A stretch of 63,666 nucleotides of DNA, filler included, from Octopus bimaculoides (lineage: Eukaryota), in the NCBI RefSeq assembly GCF_001194135.2. It is 5 parts of 5 records of this genome, joined end to end, with 100 filler letters (N's around TTAATTAATTAA, not from the genome) between each part and the next. Parts side by side here need not be neighbours in the genome. Positions count along the whole stretch, not along the records: positions 11,721 to 24,558 come from NC_068995.1; positions 24,659 to 54,938 come from NC_068983.1; 3 more parts are not named here. One strand, written 5' to 3'. The position numbers and the translations under genes were made by a program. The notes below the pieces were generated by a model, which worked only from the letters and a program-made list of their open reading frames with translations, was not told where the DNA came from and did not search any database. Positions 13,074-24,964 of this stretch are shown here, piece after piece. Position 1 is the first letter of the stretch, and each line of letters begins with the position of its first letter.

Positions 13074-15420
13074 GTGGAAGCTCAAGGATCCTTCAAATGG
13101 GCAGAAATTTAAAGATGCCCTCAATGAGATTTATGATGAGAAGGAGGGAGAGATAGAGACATATGATATAGAAGACAACTGGAGGTCCCTAAGGGATAAT
13201 CTACTAAGGGCAACAGACCAAATCTGTGGTTGGAGCAAAGTTCCTGCCAGACCAAGAGTGACATGGTGGTGGAACAGTGATGTTGACAGGGCCATAAAAG
13301 AGAAAAGATGGGGTGGTGACAAAGAATCTTATCAGAAAGCTAAAAAGGAGGCTAGACATCAAGTCAATCTAGCTAGAGTAGAAACAGAAAAGAAGAGATT
13401 TGCCAAAGTCCTACAGCATGAAGATCAGAGATTTCAAGTGTTCCAGATTGCCAGACAGTGTGTCAGTGATAATCAGGATATTGTAGGAGAGAAATGTGTA
13501 TGGACAGATAATGGTATGCTTGCAGTCAATGAGATGAAGGGAGTCTCTCTCATGTGAGCCCAACAGAGGGACTAACTATCTTAGTGAACAGCAATATGGT
13601 AGACAAAGCAGTTAAAAACATGAAAACTGGGAAAACCCTTGGTCCATCAGGAATCACAGCGGAGATGCTCAAAATATCTGGTAAGGTAGGACACAAGCTG
13701 GTCACCACATAGTTAATCAGGTCATTCAGGAAGATGTAATACCCAGAGACTGGCATAACAGCATAACTGTTAGCTGCTACAAGGGTAAGGGTAATGTGTT
13801 AAATAAAAGCAACTATAGAGGCGTCTAACTCCTGGATCAAGTGATGGAAATTACAGAGAGAGTTACTGCCCAATTAATTAGGAGTACAATTAGGCTAGAC
13901 AAATTGCAGTTTGGCTTTGTCCAGGGAAGAAGTGCTACTGACACTATTTTCATAGTCAGGCAACTGCAAGAGAAGTACTTAGCAAAGAATAAACCATTAT
14001 ACCTAGCATTTGTTGATCTAGAGAAAGCCTTCAATAGAGTGCTCCGCTGTGTGATATAATGGGCTCTGAAGAGGCTAGGGATAGACAAGTGGCTGGTGAA
14101 AAGCTGTACAGGCCATGTACAAAGACACTGTCAGTAAGGTGAAAGTTAACCATGAGTACAGTGAAGAATTTGATATACAGGTAGGGGTTCATCAAGGCTC
14201 AATCCTTAGTCTCCTCCATTTCATTACTGTCCACCAGGCCATAACAGGAATTTGAGACTGGCAGCCCCGGGGAACTACTATATGCTGATTCCATATCAGA
14301 GCAAGACAAAAAATTCCAGGTGTGGAAGCAAAACCTCTAATGTAAGGGCTTTAAGGTTAGTTTAGTAAAAACTAAGGTCCTAATAAGCAAGAAAACTGTT
14401 TGATTTGCAGGAAAGGTGTAGTCAGGAACACCATACAGTGTACCCAGTGCAAGCTATGAATACACAAGAGGTGCAGTGGGTTAATTGGAAGGTTATCACA
14501 GAAGATAGTTTTCATATGTGGAAGATGCAAAGGATGCATAAAAACCTTTGGGACCCGGGAAATTGATTCTCTCAAAAGTCCTGGTGGCTCATTAGAGGTA
14601 GTAGATAATTTCTGCTACTTAGGGGACCAGATTAGTAGTAGGGGAGGATGCATGGAGAATGTGACAGCTAGAATAAGAATAGGATGGAGAAAATTCAGAG
14701 AGCTGTTACTTCTTTTGGCCATGAAAGGTTTCTCTCTCTGAGTGAAAGAAGATTGTATGATGCATGAATATGGACAGCAATTCTACATGGTAATGTAGGG
14801 GATATGTGAAAGTTAGAAAGGAAAGAAGTTAGTAAGTGTACATGTTTGATAGAGCGCCAGTGTTCTGAGAGAGAAGTTAAGCATAAGAGGAATTTATTGC
14901 TGTGCAGATGGATGTCAATATCTGCATAAAGAAGTGCTGATTTCTCAAAGTAGATGGAACACGTGGAAGTGGGAGACCCAGGAAGACATGGGATGACATA
15001 CTGAAGAACAACCTCAGGAAGCTAAACCTTTCAAGCGAGATGACAAAGGACCAGGATACCTGATGCCTGGCCATACTCAAGAAGACCCACACCCACAGCA
15101 GAAGTGTTAAGACCAATCCTACTGGTGATATAATGCACTTGTGACAGTGCCACGTAAAAGTAGCCTTGTGGTGCCACATAAAGGTGCCCATGTGGTGCCA
15201 CGTAGAAGTGCCCATGCAATGCCACGTAAAAGTGCTTGTGGAGTGCCATGTGAAAACCCCTAACATACTCTGTAAAGAAATTGGTATTATGAAGGGCATT
15301 CAGCCATAGAAACTATGCGAAATCAGACTGGAATCTGGTGGAGCTCCCTAGCTTGCCAACTCTGGTCAAGCTGTACAACCCATGCCAGCATGGACAACAG
15401 ATGTTAAATGAAGATGACGA
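13074..15420 (+). mobile_element. 5'-truncated RTE-clade LINE (decayed RT, 3' UTR with short tandem repeat)
   Basis: Frameshifted ORF pieces TWWWNSDVDRAIKEK, LQFGFVQGRSATDTIFIVRQLQEKYLAKNKPLYLAFVDLEKAF, GVHQGSILS and LLYAD. 3' end has gtgccacgt repeats and ends atggacaacagatgttaaatgaagatgacga. Confidence 0.92.
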
Positions 15421-15429
15421 TATATATAC

Positions 15430-15506
<77 letters not shown>

Positions 15507-17010
15507 NNNNNNNNNNNNNNNNNNNNNNNNNNNNNNNNNNNNNNNNNNNNNNNNNNNNNNNNNNNNNNNNNNNNNNNNNNNNNNNNNNNNNNNNNNNNNN
15601 NNNNNNNNNNNNNNNNNNNNNNNNNNNNNNNNNNNNNNNNNNNNNNNNNNNNNNNNNNNNNNNNNNNNNNNNNNNNNNNNNNNNNNNNNNNNNNNNNNNN
15701 NNNNNNNNNNNNNNNNNNNNNNNNNNNNNNNNNNNNNNNNNNNNNNNNNNNNNNNNNNNNNNNNNNNNNNNNNNNNNNNNNNNNNNNNNNNNNNNNNNNN
15801 NNNNNNNNNNNNNNNNNNNNNNNNNNNNNNNNNNNNNNNNNNNNNNNNNNNNNNNNNNNNNNNNNNNNNNNNNNNNNNNNNNNNNNNNNNNNNNNNNNNN
15901 NNNNNNNNNNNNNNNNNNNNNNNNNNNNNNNNNNNNNNNNNNNNNNNNNNNNNNNNNNNNNNNNNNNNNNNNNNNNNNNNNNNNNNNNNNNNNNNNNNNN
16001 NNNNNNNNNNNNNNNNNNNNNNNNNNNNNNNNNNNNNNNNNNNNNNNNNNNNNNNNNNNNNNNNNNNNNNNNNNNNNNNNNNNNNNNNNNNNNNNNNNNN
16101 NNNNNNNNNNNNNNNNNNNNNNNNNNNNNNNNNNNNNNNNNNNNNNNNNNNNNNNNNNNNNNNNNNNNNNNNNNNNNNNNNNNNNNNNNNNNNNNNNNNN
16201 NNNNNNNNNNNNNNNNNNNNNNNNNNNNNNNNNNNNNNNNNNNNNNNNNNNNNNNNNNNNNNNNNNNNNNNNNNNNNNNNNNNNNNNNNNNNNNNNNNNN
16301 NNNNNNNNNNNNNAATATTTCTCAAATTTTTTCTTCTTAGAAGTTACAAAGACCCCTTCATGGGGACTTCACACCCACAATTTAGTCATTTTTCCTAAGC
16401 AAAGACGAATACAGTTGTACTATTTGAACCTATAGGGTCACCCGAACATAACAGATGCGCATTATTTGTAATTCAACGGTACAACAGTGTAAGACTATCC
16501 TTTCAGATATACTTACATTGTGATTTCTGCAATGTGGTGCATAAATTGTCAAGTAAATGAGACGCATCTTTGCCTCCACTGATTCTCTTGCAAAGTGATG
16601 AGTAAAATTATTTCGTTGCAGACCTCCTTTGAGTCTTTTTATTATCACTGAGTCACACATAGTCCCCACTTGGTAACATTGATTTCAAGGCCTTCCCAGA
16701 TGAGTGACTCATTGTTCAAAGATATTTATTGATTGTAAATTTTTTCTGCCCAGTTACCTATCGGTATAGTGGTCATTTGCAAACTCCAGAGGCGACACTT
16801 TCATTTCCCTTTACTCCAAACATCACACGTTGTTATTTTAATTTTGGTCATGCCCTTCCAATTGCTATACATCTGTAATGCATCTTACAGCTGTGCCTGT
16901 CACCTGTATGGTGAGGAATCCTACATTAGGGAGTAGTAACAACTATGCTAGGGTGGCCGACTGATTATCGTGATCATTCGTCTTTTGGTTTCCTGTAGCT
17001 TTGCTCTCTT

Positions 17011-17146
17011 TTAAAAACCCAGTGAACATACATATATTTCCTATTTCAAAGAAATTCAAACAATACATATTAGNNNNNNNNNNTTAAAAACCCAGTGAAC
17101 ATACATATATTTCCTATTTCAAAGAAATTCAAACAATACATATTAG
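17011..17146. other. 63-bp exact duplication across a 10-N gap (assembly overlap)
   Basis: 17011-17073 is identical to 17084-17146. Confidence 0.9.
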
Positions 17147-17489
17147 ACCCAAGTTAAAAACATTCCCAACAATTCAACTTCTCTGGATGACATTAACACA
17201 CCCACCCCCAATAGGGGCCTTAACTCCCACATTTTACAGTTCCATGAGCTCCATTTTTCAGGAGCAAAGTCCTTTTTACAGGGTCGATAATACTGGAATT
17301 TTGGAATGTGCGCATAAATATCAGATATATAAAGATGAGAATGTGTTTGTGTGAATCCCTAAAACTCGACAACTACACAACCAATTTCATTCCAAATTAA
17401 CACATGCCTTACTTAGGGTCCATGTAGTGTCTTAGGCCAAAAAATTTTAAACTTCTTGCATAGTTTGAGCCCACAGCAATATCATATCT

Positions 17490-17690
17490 CCTCCACTATT
17501 TCAGTATAATGTGCCAAAAGTGAAACAATAACGTCACTCCACTGTAATGTCAGATACTTTCACTTTAACACTGAAACTATTCCACTATTTCAGTATTACG
17601 TGTCAAAAGTGAAACAATAACATGTCACTACTGTAATTTCAAATACTTTCACTTTAATACTTTCAATTTCATACTGAAACTATTAAAGTG
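17490..17690. repeat. Imperfect tandem duplication (about 88-bp unit)
   Basis: ccactatttcagtat...aaaagtgaaacaataac...actgtaat...atactttcactttaa occurs twice. Confidence 0.75.
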
Positions 17691-18030
17691 AAACTATACT
17701 CTCATATATACAGGCATACTATAAGACCCAANNNNNNNNNNNNNNNNNNNNNNNNNNNNNNNNNNNNNNNNNNNNNNNNNNNNNNNNNNNNNNNNNNNNN
17801 NNNNNNNNNNNNNNNNNNNNNNNNNNNNNNNNNNNNNNNNNNNNNNNNNNNNNNNNNNNNNNNNNNNNNNNNNNNNNNNNNNNNNNNNNNNNNNNNNNNN
17901 NNNNNNNNNNNNNNNNNNNNNNNNNNNNNNNNNNNNNNNNNNNNNNNNNNNNNNNNNNNNNNNNNNNNNNNNNNNNNNNNNNNNNNNNNNNNNNNNNNNN
18001 NNNNNNNNNNNNNNNNNNNNNNNNNNNNNN

Positions 18031-18069
<39 letters not shown>

Positions 18070-18072
<3 letters not shown>

Positions 18073-19190
18073 TTGTCCCAAAATTAAGGCAACCGAAGTT
18101 TGGGGCTTTAATAACTATCAATAAATGTGATAATATATGAAAATTCTACATCATTATAAAAGCTTACTGTGTCTTCTTTTTGCTTCAGACTAAATTAATT
18201 CAGATTTATAAATTAGATAATAGATTGAAATATAATCATAAAAAGCTTCAAATTAATCAAATAACAATCTGGAAAATTGTCAAGAAATTTCAAGAGACTT
18301 GTTCTGCCACTGATTGACCTGGATGTGACCAAAAAAGAAGTGTGTGGACCTCTCTGCTTATCCAAAGTATTAGAGAAAAGATACAGTGAAATCCTTGTCG
18401 TTCTGTCAGAAAACTAGCTGCCACAACAAAAACAAGCTGAACACCAATGTATCAAGTACTGAAGGATTATCTCAGGACCCACCCCTACAAGATTATCTGC
18501 TGTCATGAGCTAACGCAAATTATAATGCTATAAGACTGGAGAGAAGTCATTTTATCCTCCATCAAATTGCTGAAGGCATACTGCCCAGCCTGGTGTTCAC
18601 TGATGAAAAGAAATTTGACATTGGACAGTAAACCACCAGAATGACCAACTTTGGATGTATCTGGCTCCGTCGAGGGTAGACTCATAAATCAATGTCAAAA
18701 TCCACAGTCAGTTATGGCTTGGGCAGCTGTGACAGCCACTGGAAGGTCTACCCTCATTTTTGTGCCCTTGGGTGTTAAAATCAACACCCAGCAATATACT
18801 AGGAACATTCTGGAAACTGAGCTGTTTCTATGGGTGAATGAGCACTTTGAAGGTACACCTTGAAGCCTTCTACAAGACTCAGCACCATCCCACAGCTCCA
18901 AACAGATACAATGCTGGATTCAGAAAAACATTCCGTCATTCATAAGCAAATGCATGGCCCTCAAGAAGCCCCAATTTCAATCTGTTAGATATTTCTGTTT
19001 GGTCCATTTTGGAGCAAACATTTCTCATGCTTTGCTTGATGCTCTGAAGGCAAAACTGCACCAGGAATGGACTTTCATTCTGCAAGAATAACTGCCTGCT
19101 GCATGTATAGCATTCACACCTAGACTTAAGGCTGTGATTTGAAACAGAGGCAGTCATATTTTCCATTCTTCCTGAGTGTTAAACTAATAC
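18070..19190 (+). mobile_element. Decayed Tc1/mariner DD37D (maT) element
   Basis: VFTDEKKF; SVMAWAAVTATGRSTLIFVPLGVKINTQQY; QDSAPSH...WPSRSPNFNLLD. D-to-D spacing is 37 after allowing a 2-nt deletion. Confidence 0.85.
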
Positions 19191-19244
19191 ACTTGCTTTT
19201 TGTTCTTTCATCAGTCTTAGTCTTTTGTTTCCACAAATTTGAAC

Positions 19245-19285
<41 letters not shown>

Positions 19286-20311
19286 TAAAATTTTTAGTAG
19301 ATTAAAAGTGCAGTACATTATTTACATTAAAAAAACTGTTGAAGAAAGGGAAGTTACTTTAATAGATGTGGAAAAAGAAATTAAAGTAGAAGATAAAAGA
19401 TATAAAAATACAACCACGTAAAGATAGAAATCTTCGTTCATGAAATCTACATATGTACACATGTATATATACACATACATACACACAAACATACTCACAT
19501 GCACATATACATATATATACATGCACACACATACACATGCATACATGCACATGTATATGTACCTATGCATGCATTATTATGCTCATATACTGATCTCTAC
19601 ATGCACATGCATATACATGTATAGAAACACATATACACATAAATATGAAAATACATACACACGCACATATATAAGTATATATAACTTCATATTCACAAAG
19701 CAAAAAGTTTCCATTTATCTTAGAACTTCTATAAATAAAAATACTCATATAAACACGTGTATGACAATCACTCTTAAGCAAGCGGATATAGTCTTACATT
19801 CATATATATACATACATTTGTACATATATACACATGCACACATATATACATCTGATATATGCTTATGCATACAAATACATATAAAAATATATAAGAAATG
19901 CTAACCCACATGAAAGGCCTGTACATGGACACAATATAAAAAGCAGGTTCTATCTGTGATCTTGAGGGGCCCAAAAACACAACAAGTATTTTGTCATATG
20001 TGGACATGACCCAAAAAGTTCAGTTCTTGAATTTAGACATGTAGCGGGGTCTAAAGAACTTTTCTAGCTGAGCCACCTTTCCATACTGCAAAGACAGCAC
20101 TTTCCACTACCATTGATGTAAGGCTTACACTTGGCGAAGATCTTCCAGTGAACCTTATAGCTGATAACTTGTTCTTTTAAAGACCATATATAACTGGATA
20201 ATTTGGTCGTTTTTTCTTTTATCCCAGTGTCTGAAGCTTAAGGTGTGATTATTGAACCTGGCTTTAAAATTTCCCTCTGTGAGACCCACATATTTCTTTG
20301 ATAAAACTGTG

Positions 20312-20965
20312 GGATCTATTTCAAAACGGGGGCACCAGTATTTTCTTAACGAAACACTAACGAAACACTTTGAAACTTGGGACACTGGTAGAATGTGTCA
20401 TATAAAACATCTTTTACTCTTAGTCTTCTTAACAAAAAAATGTACATCGCAAGTTATTCCATGTTAAAGTTGTCGTATTTCTGTAATTTCAACCAATCAC
20501 TGACGTCTATTCAGCTGAATAGAGTTACTGCTGGGCGGTCATAAAAATGTTATTCCCTGTGACATATTTCATCTGGTTTAATCGTAATTTATACGCCTAT
20601 ATTGTTTCTATAATAAATTACGCTGTACTTATCTATGTGTGTAACAATTTTAGAGTTCGGATTCTAGAGTTAGGGTTAGTTTTAGGGTTAGGGTTACGGT
20701 TAACAGTCTAGTTAGGGTTAGGGTTAGGGGATTAATACGATATACACCGTTACAGCGCTAACTGTTTCCAACTGAATAGACGTCAGTGATTAGTAGAAAT
20801 TATCCAAATAAGACAATTTTTTACATGAAATAAATTCGAATACAAAATTTTTTTCTGTTCTATAACACAAAATAGATAAGTATACGAAGTTTGAAAGTCT
20901 TTCGGTACCAAAAACACTACATAAAACATAAATGAAAACTGGTGCCCCCGTTTTAAAATAGATCC
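20312..20965. mobile_element. 654-bp non-autonomous DNA transposon, 28-bp TIRs starting GG, 8-bp TSD (Merlin-like)
   Basis: TIR ggatctatttcaaaacgggggcaccagt (20312-20339) versus actggtgcccccgttttaaaatagatcc (20938-20965), 27/28 match. TSD aaactgtg at 20304-20311 and 20966-20973. Confidence 0.9.
20669..20729 (+). repeat. Degenerate (TTAGGG)n inside the MITE
   Basis: gttagggttagttttagggttagggttacggttaac...gttagggttagggttagggg. Confidence 0.85.
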
Positions 20966-21393
20966 AAACTGTGTCCTTAGCAGTCATAGAATCTACGGTG
21001 GCTTCATAAATGATGGTCTCGGTCATGCAAGCTTCATTTAGCAGGCACAAGTCTTTATGTCTGCAGGAACAGCCGGCTTCATGTTGTTGTTTTTATGGAT
21101 TGTGTGTAATTATATTTGTTTTAATTTGTGGTTGAACGAAAACTAATTTTTACCTTATGCCTATTAAAGAGCTTCCTAACTTATGATTAATTGGAAAATG
21201 CCTATCTATAAGTGATAAAAAATATCTACCTATATTAAAGGTCACTTTGGGGGAGTGATAATCATCTGGTTCACACACCCTTATATTTTTATATGTATTT
21301 GTATGTATAAGCACATATCAGATGTGTATGTGTGTGTATGTGTATATATGTATGAATGTATGTATATATGTGTGCAAGACTATATCCGTTTCG

Positions 21394-21550
21394 TCAAAGA
21401 AATATGTGGGCCTCACAGAGAGAAATTTTAAAGCCAGGTTCAATAATCACACCTTGGGATAAAAGAAAAACGACCAAATTATTCAGTTATATATGGTCCT
21501 TAAAAGAACAAGGTGACACCTATAAGATTCACTGGAAGATCTTGGTCAAC
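21394..21550 (+). mobile_element. Second, inverted copy of the PLE GIY-YIG segment
   Basis: tcaaagaaatatgtgggcctcacagag...gttcaataatcacacctt...cactggaagatctt is close to the reverse complement of about 20140-20303, with a 13-nt deletion. Confidence 0.85.
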
Positions 21551-22254
21551 TTTATATATATATATATATNNNNNNNNNNNNNNNNNNNNNNNNNNNNNNN
21601 NNNNNNNNNNNNNNNNNNNNNNNNNNNNNNNNNNNNNNNNNNNNNNNNNNNNNNNNNNNNNNNNNNNNNNNNNNNNNNNNNNNNNNNNNNNNNNNNNNNN
21701 NNNNNNNNNNNNNNNNNNNNNNNNNNNNNNNNNNNNNNNNNNNNNNNNNNNNNNNNNNNNNNNNNNNNNNNNNNNNNNNNNNNNNNNNNNNNNNNNNNNN
21801 NNNNNNNNNNNNNNNNNNNNNNNNNNNNNNNNNNNNNNNNNNNNNNNNNNNNNNNNNNNNNNNNNNNNNNNNNNNNNNNNNNNNNNNNNNNNNNNNNNNN
21901 NNNNNNNNNNNNNNNNNNNNNNNNNNNNNNNNNNNNNNNNNNNNNNNNNNNNNNNNNNNNNNNNNNNNNNNNNNNNNNNNNNNNNNNNNNNNNNNNNNNN
22001 NNNNNNNNNNNNNNNNNNNNNNNNNNNNNNNNNNNNNNNNNNNNNNNNNNNNNNNNNNNNNNNNNNNNNNNNNNNNNNNNNNNNNNNNNNNNNNNNNNNN
22101 NNNNNNNNNNNNNNNNNNNNNNNNNNNNNNNNNNNNNNNNNNNNNNNNNNNNNNNNNNNNNNNNNNNNNNNNNNNNNNNNNNNNNNNNNNNNNNNNNNNN
22201 NNNNNNNNNNNNNNNNNNNNNNNNNNNNNNNNNNNNNNNNNNNNNNNNNNNNNN

Positions 22255-24132
22255 CTCATCCATTCTCGCCACATGACCATACTAGCGCAATCGTCTCTCT
22301 TGCACACCACAACTGATGCTTCTTAGGTTCAACTTTTCTCTCAAGATACTTACACTCTGTCTAGTATGCACACTGACATTACACATCCATCGGGGCATAC
22401 TGGCTTCATTCCTTGCGAACCTACGCATGTCTTCAGCAGTCACAGCCCATGATTCACTGCCATGAAGCATGGCTGTTCGTACACATGCATCATACAGTCT
22501 GCCTTTTACTCTGAGAGAGAGACCCTTTGTCACCAGCAGGGGTAAGAGCTCTCTAAACTTTGCCCAGGCTATTCTTATTCTAGCAGCTACACTTTCAGCG
22601 CACCCTCCCCCACTACTAACTAGGATACGTAGATATCGGAAGCTATCAACCGCTTCTAGTTTTTCTCTCTGGAATGTGGCAGAAGTTGTTTTCTGCACAT
22701 TTACAGTGTTTATAGCTGCTGAACATATGCTACATACAAAAACTAACTTCCTAGTTAAGCTTCCTTATAGAGTTTCTACCTACTCCTTTTCTACAGATCG
22801 AGCAGGGCCATCTATCTGAAGGGGTTTGAGTTTTTTCTACCTTCCTACTTATTAGGACTTTGGTTTTAGCTAGGTTGACTCAAAGGCCCTTCGATTCTAG
22901 TCCTTGCTTCCACACCTGAAACTTCCCTTCTAGTTCTGATAGTGACTCCACAATTAGAGCAAGGTCATCAGCATAGAGGAGCTCCCAGGGGCATCCTGTC
23001 TTGAATTCCTCTGGAGGACTATGATAAATAGGAGGGGGCTGAGGACAGAACCTTGGTGGACCCCTACCTCTAGCTGGAACTCTTCACTGTACTCATTGCC
23101 AACCCACACCTTACTGACACGTCTCTGTACATGGCTCGCACAGCTCTCACTAACCATTCTTCTATCCCTAGTTTCCTCATTGACCACCAGATAAGGGATC
23201 GGGGGACCCTGTCAAAGGCTTTCTCCATGTCAACAAAAGCCAGGTACAGAGGTTTATCTTTGGCTAGGTATTTCTTCTGCAGCTGTCTTACCAGAAATAT
23301 AGCATCAGTGGTGCTTTTCCGTGGTACAAACCCAAACTGCATCTCATCTAAACTGACTCTCTCCCTAACTAGTTGGGCTATGAACCTCTCCGTGACCATC
23401 ATTACCTGATCCAACAACTTGATACCTCTGTAAATATTTGTATCTAAAGCGTCACCTTTACCTTTGTAGCAGTTGACTATGGTGCTGCTACACCAGTCAT
23501 TGGGTATGAATCCTTTGTGTATCACCTGGTTAACTACACAGGTGAGTAGGCTATAGCTCACACTACTAGATATTTTGAGCATCTCTGCAGTGATTCCTGA
23601 TGGGTTGGGGCTTTCCCCGTCTTCATACTCTGAATTGCTTTATCTAACATGGTACTGTCAACTCGGATAGCTGGTCCCTCTGTTGGGTCGATATTCAGCA
23701 GGCTCTTTTTCTCCCATTCATTTCCTTTATTGAGCAACTTTTCATAATGGTGTCTCCAAACCTCTCTCTTTGCAGCCTCGTTCAGTGCAAGTGAACCATC
23801 ATCCATGCGGACACATTTCTCTCCTATGACATCATGATTCTCTCTCACACACTGTCTTGCAACACGAAATACTTCAAGTCTTTAGTCCTCACGGCGCAGA
23901 ACATTGCCAATTTTTTTTTTATCTGCTTCTCCTCTGGCTAAAGAAACCTGTCTCTTAGCTTCCCTTCTGGCAGTCTGATACAATTCCCTGGTAGCACCAT
24001 TCTTCCAGTCCTTCCAAGCCTGTTTCTTTTCTCTAATAGCCATGTGAACAACATATTGTTCCACCACTACATTATTTTGGGTCGAGAGGGGACTTTGCAC
24101 CATCCACAGATCCGGTCAGTGGCCCTCAGTAG
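22255..24132 (-). mobile_element. RTE-clade LINE remnant, opposite orientation to 13074-15420
   Basis: ORFs 23070-23582 (DEMQFGFVPRKSTTDAIFLVRQLQKKYLAKDKPLYLAFVDMEKAFDRVP), 22954-23187 (VGVHQGSVLSPLLFIIVL) and 22282-22698 (RIRIAWAKFRELLPLL...YDACVRTAMLHGSESW). Confidence 0.93.
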
Positions 24133-24359
24133 GTAATGGATATATATATGGATACTAGCAGCTAAGCCCAGTTTCACCTGGTCAGTTGGATGATATGGCT
24201 GTAAAATCTGGTCTGTGCAAGCAATTGACTTGTTTGGGCACACTTATGTTAAACAATTTTAGAATGACTTTTTTCTGTCAAAACACTAAAAGTAACTGAA
24301 CAAAAAAAACCCAACCAAGATTCAACCACATCAAAAAGTGAACCCAAATACTAAACGAT

Positions 24360-24552
24360 AGGTGAGAGGGGTAACTCCCTTGGCAAACAGGACACAGTCG
24401 TGTGTCGATAAGCCAGCTGGAGGAGATGTCCTCCTGGGGCTAAAAGCAACAGTAACATCCACCCCTAGGGGTCAGCCACACTTAAGTGGCAATATACTAC
24501 ACTTTATCGTGCAGTTACTGTTAATACTTCATTTAGAGAATTAACATTGCTT
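24360..24552 (-). repeat. Young structured repeat, copy 1 (parts C+A)
   Basis: Reverse complement nearly identical to 60947-61096 and 61249-61283. Confidence 0.9.
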
Positions 24553-24558
24553 ATATAT

Positions 24559-24658
24559 NNNNNNNNNNNNNNNNNNNNNNNNNNNNNNNNNNNNNNNNNN
24601 NNTTAATTAATTAANNNNNNNNNNNNNNNNNNNNNNNNNNNNNNNNNNNNNNNNNNNN
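24559..24658. other. Artificial 100-bp scaffold joiner
   Basis: 44N + TTAATTAATTAA (24603-24614) + 44N. Confidence 0.95.
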
Positions 24659-24926
24659 TATATATATATATATATGTCCGTGTGTTTGTACATTTTTTTC
24701 ATGCATAAAACAAATGTCTACTACATAACAAGTGTATGTGTACATATGTATTCATATCTTTTTGTTCACAAGAAGACAATTTAAATTTTATCACCATGTG
24801 TAAGACTAGAGAGATTGAGAAAATGAGAAACGAGGAAAGACGTATGTGTATATATATTTGTATAAATATATTTCAGTTTGTATATACATATAATATATTT
24901 GTAAATATAAATATATTTACGTATCT

Positions 24927-24964
<38 letters not shown>

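Larger units (their letters stand above)
19975..21248 (-). pseudogene. Penelope-like element C-terminal GIY-YIG region, interrupted by a MITE
   Basis: NIGRYFLSLIDRHFPINHKL...CSCRHKDLCLLNEACMTETIIYEATV...KKYVGLTEGNFKARFNNHTLSF...CLNSRTELFGSCPH matches PLE endonuclease motifs. Confidence 0.85.

Noticed and set aside
16430-16669. Possible extra exon (gtaagt at about 16511-16516; SGGKDAS in one frame)
   Set aside because: No frame resembles SHOC2 or another protein I recognise, and the short motif is compatible with chance.
17011-17146. 63-bp direct repeat as a TSD or LTR
   Set aside because: Exact copy on both sides of a 10-N gap, typical of an unmerged contig overlap.
20669-20729. Relic of a telomere fusion
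   Set aside because: The repeats are one-directional and enclosed by TIRs and a TSD, so they arrived with the transposon.
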